Positions 1-7,843 of a stretch of DNA of 64,000 nucleotides are shown here, in pieces. The stretch lies in the NCBI GenBank assembly GCA_963798085.1, contig CAWCRS010000007.1, positions 672,001 to 736,000 on the forward strand, given 5' to 3'. The DNA comes from an uncultured Gemmatimonadales bacterium. GTDB taxonomy: Bacteria; Gemmatimonadota; Gemmatimonadetes; Longimicrobiales; RSA9. The position numbers were made by a program, and so were the translations under genes. Numbering within the stretch: the first letter of the stretch is position 1; every line of letters begins with the position of its first letter. The notes beneath the pieces were generated by a model, which had not been told where the DNA came from, did no database searches, and worked only from the letters and a program-made list of their open reading frames with translations.

Positions 1-343
1 CGACCTGGGTCGATTCGAGGGCCGCAACCCGCACGACCGCGTACGCGTGCGCGGCCGTGTCGAGGCGCTGAGCGGCGACCTGCTGCACGACCCTTATCGC
101 TCGATATCCGATCATCTGCGCACCATCGACCGCTACACCACAGTTTCGGCGCAGGACAAGCACGCGCGCGCTGAACGGGCGAGCCTGAGTGACATCACCC
201 TCAGACCATTCGGCCAGTTCCTGAGAACGTACGTGCTGCAGCTCGGCTTTCTCGATGCGCTGCCGGGCTTCGCAGTGGCAGTCACCGCAGCGTTCTACGT
301 TTTTCTCAAGTACACGAAGCTGCGCGCGCTGCAGCGCGGCTGA
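1..343 (+). CDS. Glycosyltransferase family 2 (WaaE/KdtX-like), C-terminal part; 5' end outside window
   Basis: Frame reads ..NPHDRVRV..LLHDPYRSISDHLRTIDRYTT..F.R.Y.L.LGFLD..G..Y.F.KY, the typical C-terminus of short LPS-type GT2 enzymes. Confidence 0.75.
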   Translation, partial: DLGRFEGRNPHDRVRVRGRVEALSGDLLHDPYRSISDHLRTIDRYTTVSAQDKHARAERASLSDITLRPFGQFLRTYVLQLGFLDALPGFAVAVTAAFYVFLKYTKLRALQRG

Positions 344-362
344 ACTCCGGGCAGAAAGCAGC

Positions 363-396
363 GCGCCCCGCCGTCCTGCTGCGGACGGCGGGGCGC
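363..396. terminator. GC-rich hairpin between convergent genes
   Basis: gcgccccgccgtcc-tgctgc-ggacggcggggcgc is a perfect 14-bp stem between stops at 343 (+) and 421 (-). Confidence 0.7.
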
Positions 397-420
397 TCCT
401 GACAACTGGGCGGTGTGGCG

Positions 421-2922
421 TTACCGGATTGTGGCGTCGCTCCGGTAGTAGTCACCCAGCAGGTGCTCCGAGAAGTACTCCATCATCATGTGGTTGAAGT
501 AGGGCTGCATGTCGCCGTAGCCGTGGGGCTTGCCCGGCAACATCATGAAGTCGAAGCGCTTGTTGGCCTTGATGAGTTCGTTCATGAGCCGGATCGTGCC
601 GGCCGGGTGCACGTTGTTGTCCATGTCGCCGTGCGCTAACATCAGGTTGCCCTTCAGGTTGGCGGCCAGCTCGGCGTTGGTGGGCACGTGGATCTCGAAC
701 TTCACGTCCTGCTCCTGTTCCTGAGCCGAAGCGTCGGACTGGCCATCGTTGCCACTGCGGTCGACGACCGTTCCCTTCTTCTGCGTGGCCACGATCTTGA
801 GCCCGTGATACTGCTCGCTCCAGTTCTGGTTGTAGACATTGTTGTCATGATTGCCCGATGATGACACGCCCACCTTGAAGAAATCGTTGTAGGGCGGCAG
901 CATCATCGCGGCCGCGGTCATGAAGCCGCCGCCGGAGTGGCCGAAGATGCCGACCTTGTCGAGGTCGATCCAGGAAAAGCGCGCGGCCAGCTGCTCGATG
1001 CCCGCCTTCTTGTCCGCCAGACCGTAGTCGCGGAGGTTGAAGTAACCGTAGTTCTGGTAGGCGTTCGAGCGCAGCGGATTGCCGCCGCGATTGCCGATCT
1101 GGATCACGATGAAGCCGAGCGCCGCGAGACGCTGCTCCACGTTGTTGCCGCTGAACGTCGCGCTGACCTCTTCCGTCTGCGGGCCCGGATAGACGTGGGC
1201 AATGATCGGGTACTTCTTCGTGGAATCGAAGTCGAACGGCTTCCACATGTTGCCGTAAATGTCGGTAATGCCGTCCGCCGCCTTCACCACGAAGCGCTCC
1301 GGCGGCTTCCAGCCCAGCTCTTTCAGCTTGCTGACATCCATTTCAGCAAGCGGCATCACTGTGGCGCCCGTGGCATCGCGGATGACCGCCTGGTTGGGCA
1401 GGTCGGGGCGCGAGAAGTTGTCGACAATGTAGCGCTTGCTGGGCGACAGCTGCTCGTTGTGCTCGCCCTCACCCGCGTCCAGCAGGGCGAGGCCCGTGCC
1501 ATCGAGGCTCACACGGTAGAGATGGTGGTAATATGGATTCTCTCCCGGCTCACGGCCCACGCCGCGCACGTACAGCACGCCGCGTACGGAGTCGACGGCG
1601 AGGATGTTGTCCGCGCGCCATTCCCCTGAGGTGACGGGTCCCTTGAGCGTCCCGTCATTGCTGTAGAGGTAGTAGTGCCCCCAGCCACTTCGCTCCGACC
1701 ACCAGAGGAAATCACCGCCCGCCTTCACATAGCGCGCGTTCTGGCGCTCGAGGTTGGCGTTCTCCACGCTCTCGGTTATGAGCGTCTTGATCGTCTGCGA
1801 CGGCATCGCCACATCGATCATTTCCATGTTGCGTTGCAGCCGGTCGCGACGCGTCAGGCGCACATGATCCGAGCCGGTGCCGTTCCAGTGAACATCGAAG
1901 AGTCGCTGGTCCTTCCATTTCGCGACGTTGATCGGCGCGACCGCCTTCTCGCCCCGGTGATAGAAATACAGTTCCTGCTGCGGCACGTTCTCCTCGCCTG
2001 GCATGGCGTACTTGTAGGACACGAGGACGGGCCGCGGCTGCGCCAGCACATTGACGAGGTACAGCTCCTTCACCTTGCGCGTGTCCTCACGCGTCACGAC
2101 AAAGGCCTTCGAGTCAGGCGACCAGGTGACCTGCGCGCGCACACGCGGGTCGCGTGACCGCGACTGCTGCTGCTCGTCCTGCTGGTCTTCCTGCTGCTGC
2201 TGCTGCTGTTGCTGCTGCTGCAACTGGTTCGCCTGCGTCGTGTCGCGGGCGCCGAAGCTGTGATACTGCTCGCCATCCGTGCTCACCTGGATGGTATCGC
2301 CGCTCTTGACCTCGACGACGTACAGGTTGTGATCGCGGGCGAACGCAAAGGCGGTACTGTCCGGCGAGTAGTTGCGGAAGTTCACATTGCCACGTCCGCC
2401 ACCGCCGAAGCCACCGCCGCCCCGGCCGCCGCCGCGGCCGCCGAAGCCGGGAACGCTGTCACGCACCGCCCGCCCGATGTGCTTGAGAGTCTCGCCCGCC
2501 AGGCTCCATTCGTAGCGCAACGAGTCCACGTTGAAACGGATCGACTTGTGGTCGTCCGTAAACACGACGTTGGTGAACGGCAGGTTGAATGCGTCGTACG
2601 GCTTGTGGTGCAGCGTCGAGAGCTGCGTGGCGAGCTTGGCCTGATTGAAGAGCGGCTTCTTGGTCTTCGTGATGGGCACAACCAGATAGAACGTCGATCC
2701 GGTGTGATCCCGCCAGTTGTACCAGAGTGAATCGCTCTCGCCAATGAAGCGCGGCTGCACGTTGTTGCTGTAAATGATCTGCCGCACCTGTGCATCGTCG
2801 AACTTGTTGCTCAGCTCCCAGTTGGCGCGATTGACGTGCGCCTGCTGGGCACGAGCCTGCGCCACGCCAATGAGCAGCATCGCCGCGGCCGCGAACGTGG
2901 TTGTCCGCCTGGGAATGTGCAT
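421..2922 (-). CDS. Exported S9B dipeptidyl-peptidase IV-like serine peptidase
   Basis: Signal peptide (AQA), DPP-IV beta-propeller region, YPGPQ, nucleophile GHSGGG, HGDMDNNVH, GKPHGY; contains RGG and poly-Q inserts. Confidence 0.92.
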   Translation of the reverse strand: MHIPRRTTTFAAAAMLLIGVAQARAQQAHVNRANWELSNKFDDAQVRQIIYSNNVQPRFIGESDSLWYNWRDHTGSTFYLVVPITKTKKPLFNQAKLATQLSTLHHKPYDAFNLPFTNVVFTDDHKSIRFNVDSLRYEWSLAGETLKHIGRAVRDSVPGFGGRGGGRGGGGFGGGGRGNVNFRNYSPDSTAFAFARDHNLYVVEVKSGDTIQVSTDGEQYHSFGARDTTQANQLQQQQQQQQQQEDQQDEQQQSRSRDPRVRAQVTWSPDSKAFVVTREDTRKVKELYLVNVLAQPRPVLVSYKYAMPGEENVPQQELYFYHRGEKAVAPINVAKWKDQRLFDVHWNGTGSDHVRLTRRDRLQRNMEMIDVAMPSQTIKTLITESVENANLERQNARYVKAGGDFLWWSERSGWGHYYLYSNDGTLKGPVTSGEWRADNILAVDSVRGVLYVRGVGREPGENPYYHHLYRVSLDGTGLALLDAGEGEHNEQLSPSKRYIVDNFSRPDLPNQAVIRDATGATVMPLAEMDVSKLKELGWKPPERFVVKAADGITDIYGNMWKPFDFDSTKKYPIIAHVYPGPQTEEVSATFSGNNVEQRLAALGFIVIQIGNRGGNPLRSNAYQNYGYFNLRDYGLADKKAGIEQLAARFSWIDLDKVGIFGHSGGGFMTAAAMMLPPYNDFFKVGVSSSGNHDNNVYNQNWSEQYHGLKIVATQKKGTVVDRSGNDGQSDASAQEQEQDVKFEIHVPTNAELAANLKGNLMLAHGDMDNNVHPAGTIRLMNELIKANKRFDFMMLPGKPHGYGDMQPYFNHMMMEYFSEHLLGDYYRSDATIR
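2162..2222 (-). repeat. (CAG)n trinucleotide tract encoding poly-Q
   Basis: ctg repeats on + strand; protein QQQQQQQQQEDQQDEQQQ. Confidence 0.9.
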
Positions 2923-3217
2923 GGTCGGATTCTCCGTCGGTCAGTACGCTGTGACTCGCGACGCCGTAGTCCGCGCGGACGGCTGGATCGCAAGCGCGGC
3001 GGCCGGTGTCGTGGTGGGACGGTCAGCGTGAGGAAGATAGGGGGTTGTCGCCCGCTACGGGAGTATACAGGTCGGCATGCAACGGACCCGGGACGGATGG
3101 GCCGGCGAGGCGGGGCGGAACCCGCTGCTCGGGGATGGACCGGCGCGCCCACCCTCGGCATCCGCCAGAGACCTTGCAGATTGCCAGCCAAAACGGTGAG
3201 CGGCGTCGTCGTCCACA

Positions 3218-3254
3218 ATTCATAAATCATTCATGAGCAATAACTTATATGAAT
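3218..3254. promoter_or_regulatory. AT-rich imperfect palindrome in divergent promoter region (IHF-like or regulator site)
   Basis: attcataaatcattcatgagcaataacttatatgaat; attcata/tatgaat outer arms; contains CAA-N4-TTA. Confidence 0.45.
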
Positions 3255-3347
3255 CACACCCGGTGGTGCGATTCCTGCTCGAACGACGGGTGCCCCAGGC
3301 ACGAGTGCGTCCGGGGCCTGTCTGATTCCTGACCCGAGAGGTGAGGC

Positions 3348-3950
3348 ATGCGCCGACGCTGGCACATACCCGGGGCCGCGGCCGTTCTGGCCATCGCGCT
3401 GTTCTGCCTGAGTTGCGACCGAAGCTCTCCCACCGACACACCGCTGAATCCGCCCGCCAGTGGAGCCCTGCTGGGGCTGCCGCGTCTGGGCGGAGCGGAT
3501 CCGACGCCGCAGCTGCCACGCGGGATGCGGTTCATCGAGGAGGAGCGGTCCGGCGGTGGCCAGGATCTGGTAACGGGCCTCTTCGGTCTGCTGGGCGGTG
3601 AGCTGCACCTGAACGGCGAATCACTGCTGGTGCCGGAGGGCGCGGTGCTGCGGTTGACGCTGTTCACGATGGAGACACCGGACACGAAGGTCATCAATGT
3701 CAACCTGAGTGCGCTGACGGGCGATCTGCTGCGCAACGTGCTGTCGCTGCTGGGCCTGTTCCAGAAGCCGGTGACGGTGGAGTTGTCGTATGCGCACGCG
3801 ACGAACGTCACGGATCCGGGCAAGCTGGTGATCGTGCGACTGCTGGACGACGGCAAGGTCGAGGTCCTGCCGACGCGTGTGGACCGGCAGCGCAAGGTAG
3901 TGTCAGCGCAGCTCGATCACTTCTCGAAGTACGCAATGGCATCCAACTGA
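3348..3950 (+). CDS. Lipoprotein with ZU5-like domain ending in HFS-KYAMASN
   Basis: RBS gaggtgagg; signal peptide and lipobox-like CLSC; GGEL..L.VPEGAV, FQKPVTVELSY, VD..V.A.LDHFSKYA are ZU5-like features. Confidence 0.7.
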   Translation: MRRRWHIPGAAAVLAIALFCLSCDRSSPTDTPLNPPASGALLGLPRLGGADPTPQLPRGMRFIEEERSGGGQDLVTGLFGLLGGELHLNGESLLVPEGAVLRLTLFTMETPDTKVINVNLSALTGDLLRNVLSLLGLFQKPVTVELSYAHATNVTDPGKLVIVRLLDDGKVEVLPTRVDRQRKVVSAQLDHFSKYAMASN

Positions 3951-3953
3951 CGC

Positions 3954-5609
3954 ATGGAACGCCGGCTCGAGTTGCACAGCGCGCGCGACACCGAGGAGAC
4001 ACTGGAGTCGCTGGTCGAGCAGGGCCGGGCCGCCGAACGCGCGGGCGCATGGGATGAAGCGCTGCGCGCGTTCGACGGCGCGTTCCGCAAGCTGCGCCGC
4101 GAGCACGGAGCGGAGCGCGCGGCGGAGCTGCTGCGCTGGATCGGGACGGTGTTCCGCAATCGCGGCGAGCTGGAGAATGCGCACGAGTTGTACGAAGCGA
4201 GTCTGGCCGTTGCCGAAGCCGCAGCGCTGCCCTACCACATCGCCTCCGCGCTCAACTGTCTGGCCATCATCGCGCAGTTTCGCGCCAACGTGGATGATGC
4301 GGAGCAGCTCTACCTGCGCGCGAGTGAACTGGCGCAGCAGGCCGGTGACGACCGGCTGGCGGCCATGATCGATCAGAACGTAGGAACGCTGGCTAACACG
4401 AAAGGCAGCTACGACGCGGCGCTCGGTCACTATCGCTCGGCGCTCCGCCGTTTCCGCCGTCTGCAGGATGAAGTCGCCGCGGCGTGGGTGCTCAACAACA
4501 TGGGCATGGCGCACGTCGACCTGGGGCAGTGGAACAACGCGGTGCGCGCGTTCGACGAAGCCTTCGAGCTGGCGGATCGCCAGCGCGACACGCACCTGAT
4601 CGGCACCATCGAGCTGAACCGCGCCGAGCTGCATCTCAAGCGCGGTGTTGTGGGCGATGCGCGCGACTGCTGCGACCGCGCGTTCGAGGTGTTCAGCCGG
4701 GTGGGCTCGCAGAGCGGTCTGGGCGAGGCCTACAAGTTCTACGGTGTACTCTACCGCGAGATGGGCAAGCCGGGTCTGGCCACCACGCATCTGCGCAACG
4801 CCATCGAAACGGCAGTGGGCTGTGAGGACCGGCTGCTGGAAGCGGAAGCGCGAAGCGAGGCTGCGCTGCTGCATCTCGATAACGGCGAGAATCGCACCGC
4901 GCTCGAGTGCATGAACCGCGCGCACCGGCTGTTCACGGACCTGCGCGCGCGTGCCGAGCTGCTGGATGTGGATTCCCGTCTGGACCGGCTGGAGGAGACG
5001 TTCCTGAAGGTGGTGAAGGCCTGGGGCGAGTCGATCGAGTCCAAGGATCGGTACACCGCGGGTCACTGCGAGCGTGTGGCTGACTACGCCTGTCTGCTGG
5101 CGGAAGCACTGGGCTTCCAGGGTCGCGATCTTACGTGGATGCGCATGGGCGGGTTCCTGCACGATGTGGGCAAGATCGTGGTGCCGCCCGCGATCCTGAA
5201 CAAACCGGGAAAACTGAGTCCCGAGGAATTCGACGTGATGAAGACACACACCACGGCTGGTGACGAGCTGACTACGCCGCTCAACTTTCCGTGGGACATC
5301 CGGCCGATCGTGCGCAACCACCACGAACGCTGGGACGGCACAGGCTATCCCGACGGCCTCGAGGGAGAGGACATCCCGCTGGTGGCGCGCATTCTGTGCG
5401 TCGCGGATGTCTACGACGCGCTCACGACGGCGCGCAGCTACCGGCCGGCGCTGCCCGCGCTCGAGGCCCTGCGCATCATGGAGCGCGAGTCCGGCAGCAA
5501 TCTGGATCCGAAGATCTTTCCCATCTTCCGCCAGCTGATTCTGGAGCATGCCGCCCAGCGCGGCGGCATGGCACGGCTGCGCACCCCGGGCGCGTTCGCC
5601 GCCGCCTAG
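3954..5609 (+). CDS. TPR-repeat + HD-GYP phosphodiesterase (cyclic dinucleotide)
   Basis: Roughly 8 TPR-like helical repeats (ALNCLA, DQNVG, LNNMG), then KDRYTAGHCERV, LHDVGK, HHERWDGTGYPDGL, ADVYDAL, RSYR; no TM segment or signal peptide. Confidence 0.93.
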   Translation: MERRLELHSARDTEETLESLVEQGRAAERAGAWDEALRAFDGAFRKLRREHGAERAAELLRWIGTVFRNRGELENAHELYEASLAVAEAAALPYHIASALNCLAIIAQFRANVDDAEQLYLRASELAQQAGDDRLAAMIDQNVGTLANTKGSYDAALGHYRSALRRFRRLQDEVAAAWVLNNMGMAHVDLGQWNNAVRAFDEAFELADRQRDTHLIGTIELNRAELHLKRGVVGDARDCCDRAFEVFSRVGSQSGLGEAYKFYGVLYREMGKPGLATTHLRNAIETAVGCEDRLLEAEARSEAALLHLDNGENRTALECMNRAHRLFTDLRARAELLDVDSRLDRLEETFLKVVKAWGESIESKDRYTAGHCERVADYACLLAEALGFQGRDLTWMRMGGFLHDVGKIVVPPAILNKPGKLSPEEFDVMKTHTTAGDELTTPLNFPWDIRPIVRNHHERWDGTGYPDGLEGEDIPLVARILCVADVYDALTTARSYRPALPALEALRIMERESGSNLDPKIFPIFRQLILEHAAQRGGMARLRTPGAFAAA

Positions 5610-5639
5610 CCGATAACAGCCTGTCAGACGAGAGCCATC

Positions 5640-5903
5640 ATGGCGCCGTCCGACCGGATCCGACTCCTGTGGTTGCGCGGATCGCTGTTCGCCACCGCGC
5701 TCCTGTCTGCGCTCGTGCTGCAGGGTTGCGGCCGGCGCGGGCCGGCAGACTCGCCACTGTCGCCTCCGGTGGCGAGCGCCGATGCCGCGGCATCCCGTGA
5801 GTCAGGCGACACACCCGCGTCCGGTCGCTCGCAGGGATTCACCTTCGTCGAGGAATACCGCGCGCCGGGCTCCGCCTCGGTCAGCACGATGGCCTCCAAC
5901 TGA
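5640..5903 (+). CDS. Small lipoprotein, shortened paralog of 3348-3950, ending SVSTMASN
   Basis: Lipobox LQGC; 17/45 ungapped identities to the upstream lipoprotein from the lipobox Cys; identical C-terminal MASN. Confidence 0.75.
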   Translation: MAPSDRIRLLWLRGSLFATALLSALVLQGCGRRGPADSPLSPPVASADAAASRESGDTPASGRSQGFTFVEEYRAPGSASVSTMASN

Positions 5904-5909
5904 TCCGGG

Positions 5910-7553
5910 TCAACGGCTGGCGGTGCGCGGCTGGGCGTCGGCCAGCCACCAGCTTCCCACATTGATGAACGCGCCACGCACATCCATAACGGCCCCGCGC
6001 AGTCGCGCGCGTGCGGCGTAGAGATTCGGGACGTACCAGAGGAAGGTCCAGGGCTGCTCGTCCCGGATGATGCGCTGCACCCGGTGCCAGCGCGGGATCG
6101 CGTCGCGGCGATCCGTGAGCGTGGCCAGCGTGTCGAGCGTGGCATCCACGGTGGCGTTGTGAAACGAGGCGAGCTGGTATTCGCCGTTGATGGCGGCGGA
6201 ATGGAAGGTGTCGCGCAGGTTGATGCGGAAATCCGCGTCCCACGCCATGAGCACGGCGTCGAAGTCGCGGGCCGGGCTCGAGATCTGGCCGATGAGCGTG
6301 GTGAACTCGACGGGTCGCACGCTCATGCTGACACCCACGTTCGCAAGATCCGCCTGGATCATTTCCGCGACGTCACGGGTGAAGGCGTTGCTCGTGGGGA
6401 TCTTCAGCTCGATGCGGAAGGGCCGGCCGTCCGGCAGCCGCAGCTTGCCGGAGGCGTCGGGGCGCAGACCCGCTTCGGCGAAAAGAGCGCGCGCGGCCGC
6501 CGTGTCGTACGGCAGCGGGCGCACGGAATCGGGGAACGCCCAGTGGAACGGGCCGATCGGACCGGAGGCCAGCTCGCCGTGGCCGCCGCGCAGCACCTGC
6601 AGGATCTGCGGACGGTTGATCGACAGGGTGAGCGCACGCCGCACCCGCGCATCATCCAGAGGTCGGCGCTTTCCGTTCCAGCCGATGAAGTGGTACTGCG
6701 TCGCCGCTTTCACGATGGGCACGACGCCGGCCTCGCCCCGGAGTCGCGTCAGATCCTCCGCGCGCGGCGCGAGAATCAGGTCCGCGTTGCCGGTGAGCAG
6801 CTCGGTCACCTGCGCGGTGTTCTCGCTGATGACTCGCCACACCACGCGGTCCAGGTGCGGCCGGCCGCCCAGACCCGCCGGAAAGTCGGGATTGGCGTCG
6901 AACACCCAGCGATCGCCGGCGCGATACTCCGCGAAGCGGAACGGACCGTTGCCGATGGGCGCGTGATTGAATCCGGCCTGACGCATGCGCGCGGGCGGAA
7001 TCGAATCCAGCGCGTGCTTCGGCATGATGGGCAGGAACGCCCATGTCAGCAGCGGATCGATGAAGCGGTCGAGTGTGAAGCGGACGGTGAAGGAATCCAC
7101 CACGGATACGGACTTCCAGTGCATGAGATCATCGGCATTGGGAAAGCCGCTGGCCGGATCGCGCGCCCGGTCGAACGTGAATGCCACGTCCCATGCGGTC
7201 GTCTTCGGTCCATCGCTCCAGCGCACGTCGTCGCGCATGTGGAAGACCAGCGCGGTGTCGCCCTGCCAGTCCCAGCTGCGCGCCAGCGCGGGCTGAAAGC
7301 CGCCCTCCACATCCAGGGATACGAGTGGCAGGAAGAGCGCGTGCAGCAGGAGGTCCTGCGTGTAGGACTCGGACGCAATGAACGCATTCATGGGTCCGAC
7401 GTCGTTGGGGCCGGCGATCACCAGCGTACCACCATCCCGCGGCGCGGCATCAGCGGCGGACGCGACCGGCAGCGGCGCGTTGTCCCGGCACGCTGTGCCC
7501 AGCGCGGCGGTCAGTGCGAGGAGCAGCCGGCCGAGCGTAAGAGCCGGGTGCAT
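5910..7553 (-). CDS. ABC transporter peptide-binding lipoprotein (SBP family 5, OppA/DppA/AppA-like); alternative start 7601
   Basis: Lipobox GTAC; LARSW, F.MR.DV.WSDG..TA.DV.FT, PIGNGPFRF, VRRAL..I.R motifs; no permease or ATPase adjacent. Confidence 0.9.
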   Translation of the reverse strand: MHPALTLGRLLLALTAALGTACRDNAPLPVASAADAAPRDGGTLVIAGPNDVGPMNAFIASESYTQDLLLHALFLPLVSLDVEGGFQPALARSWDWQGDTALVFHMRDDVRWSDGPKTTAWDVAFTFDRARDPASGFPNADDLMHWKSVSVVDSFTVRFTLDRFIDPLLTWAFLPIMPKHALDSIPPARMRQAGFNHAPIGNGPFRFAEYRAGDRWVFDANPDFPAGLGGRPHLDRVVWRVISENTAQVTELLTGNADLILAPRAEDLTRLRGEAGVVPIVKAATQYHFIGWNGKRRPLDDARVRRALTLSINRPQILQVLRGGHGELASGPIGPFHWAFPDSVRPLPYDTAAARALFAEAGLRPDASGKLRLPDGRPFRIELKIPTSNAFTRDVAEMIQADLANVGVSMSVRPVEFTTLIGQISSPARDFDAVLMAWDADFRINLRDTFHSAAINGEYQLASFHNATVDATLDTLATLTDRRDAIPRWHRVQRIIRDEQPWTFLWYVPNLYAARARLRGAVMDVRGAFINVGSWWLADAQPRTASR

Positions 7554-7843
7554 GCGACCGGCGGAAGCTGCGTCCGCCGCACGAAATCGGAATCCGCCCA
7601 TGGTTTCGACCTTCGGATGCGCGACGAGAGCGGCTGCGCGGGGAGCAGCCGGCGTTCGGGGAGTGAGCCGTCTCTTCAGTCTCGGCAGTCCCGGCCGGCT
7701 GGCGCAGTGGAAGAAGCGCCCCGGGGAAGGGGCCGGAGCTCCGGGCACGCGGTTGCATTGCAGGCCTGGCCGGCAACACCGAAGTTGCGGTGACGTGCGA
7801 CTGCGGGACCTCCGGTCCCGATCCCTGCAACCGACTCCGGATC

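Noticed and set aside
7742..7759. Possible sigma54 promoter ggcacgcggttgca
   Set aside because: Spacing between GG of GGCAC and GC is 9 nt rather than the required 10.
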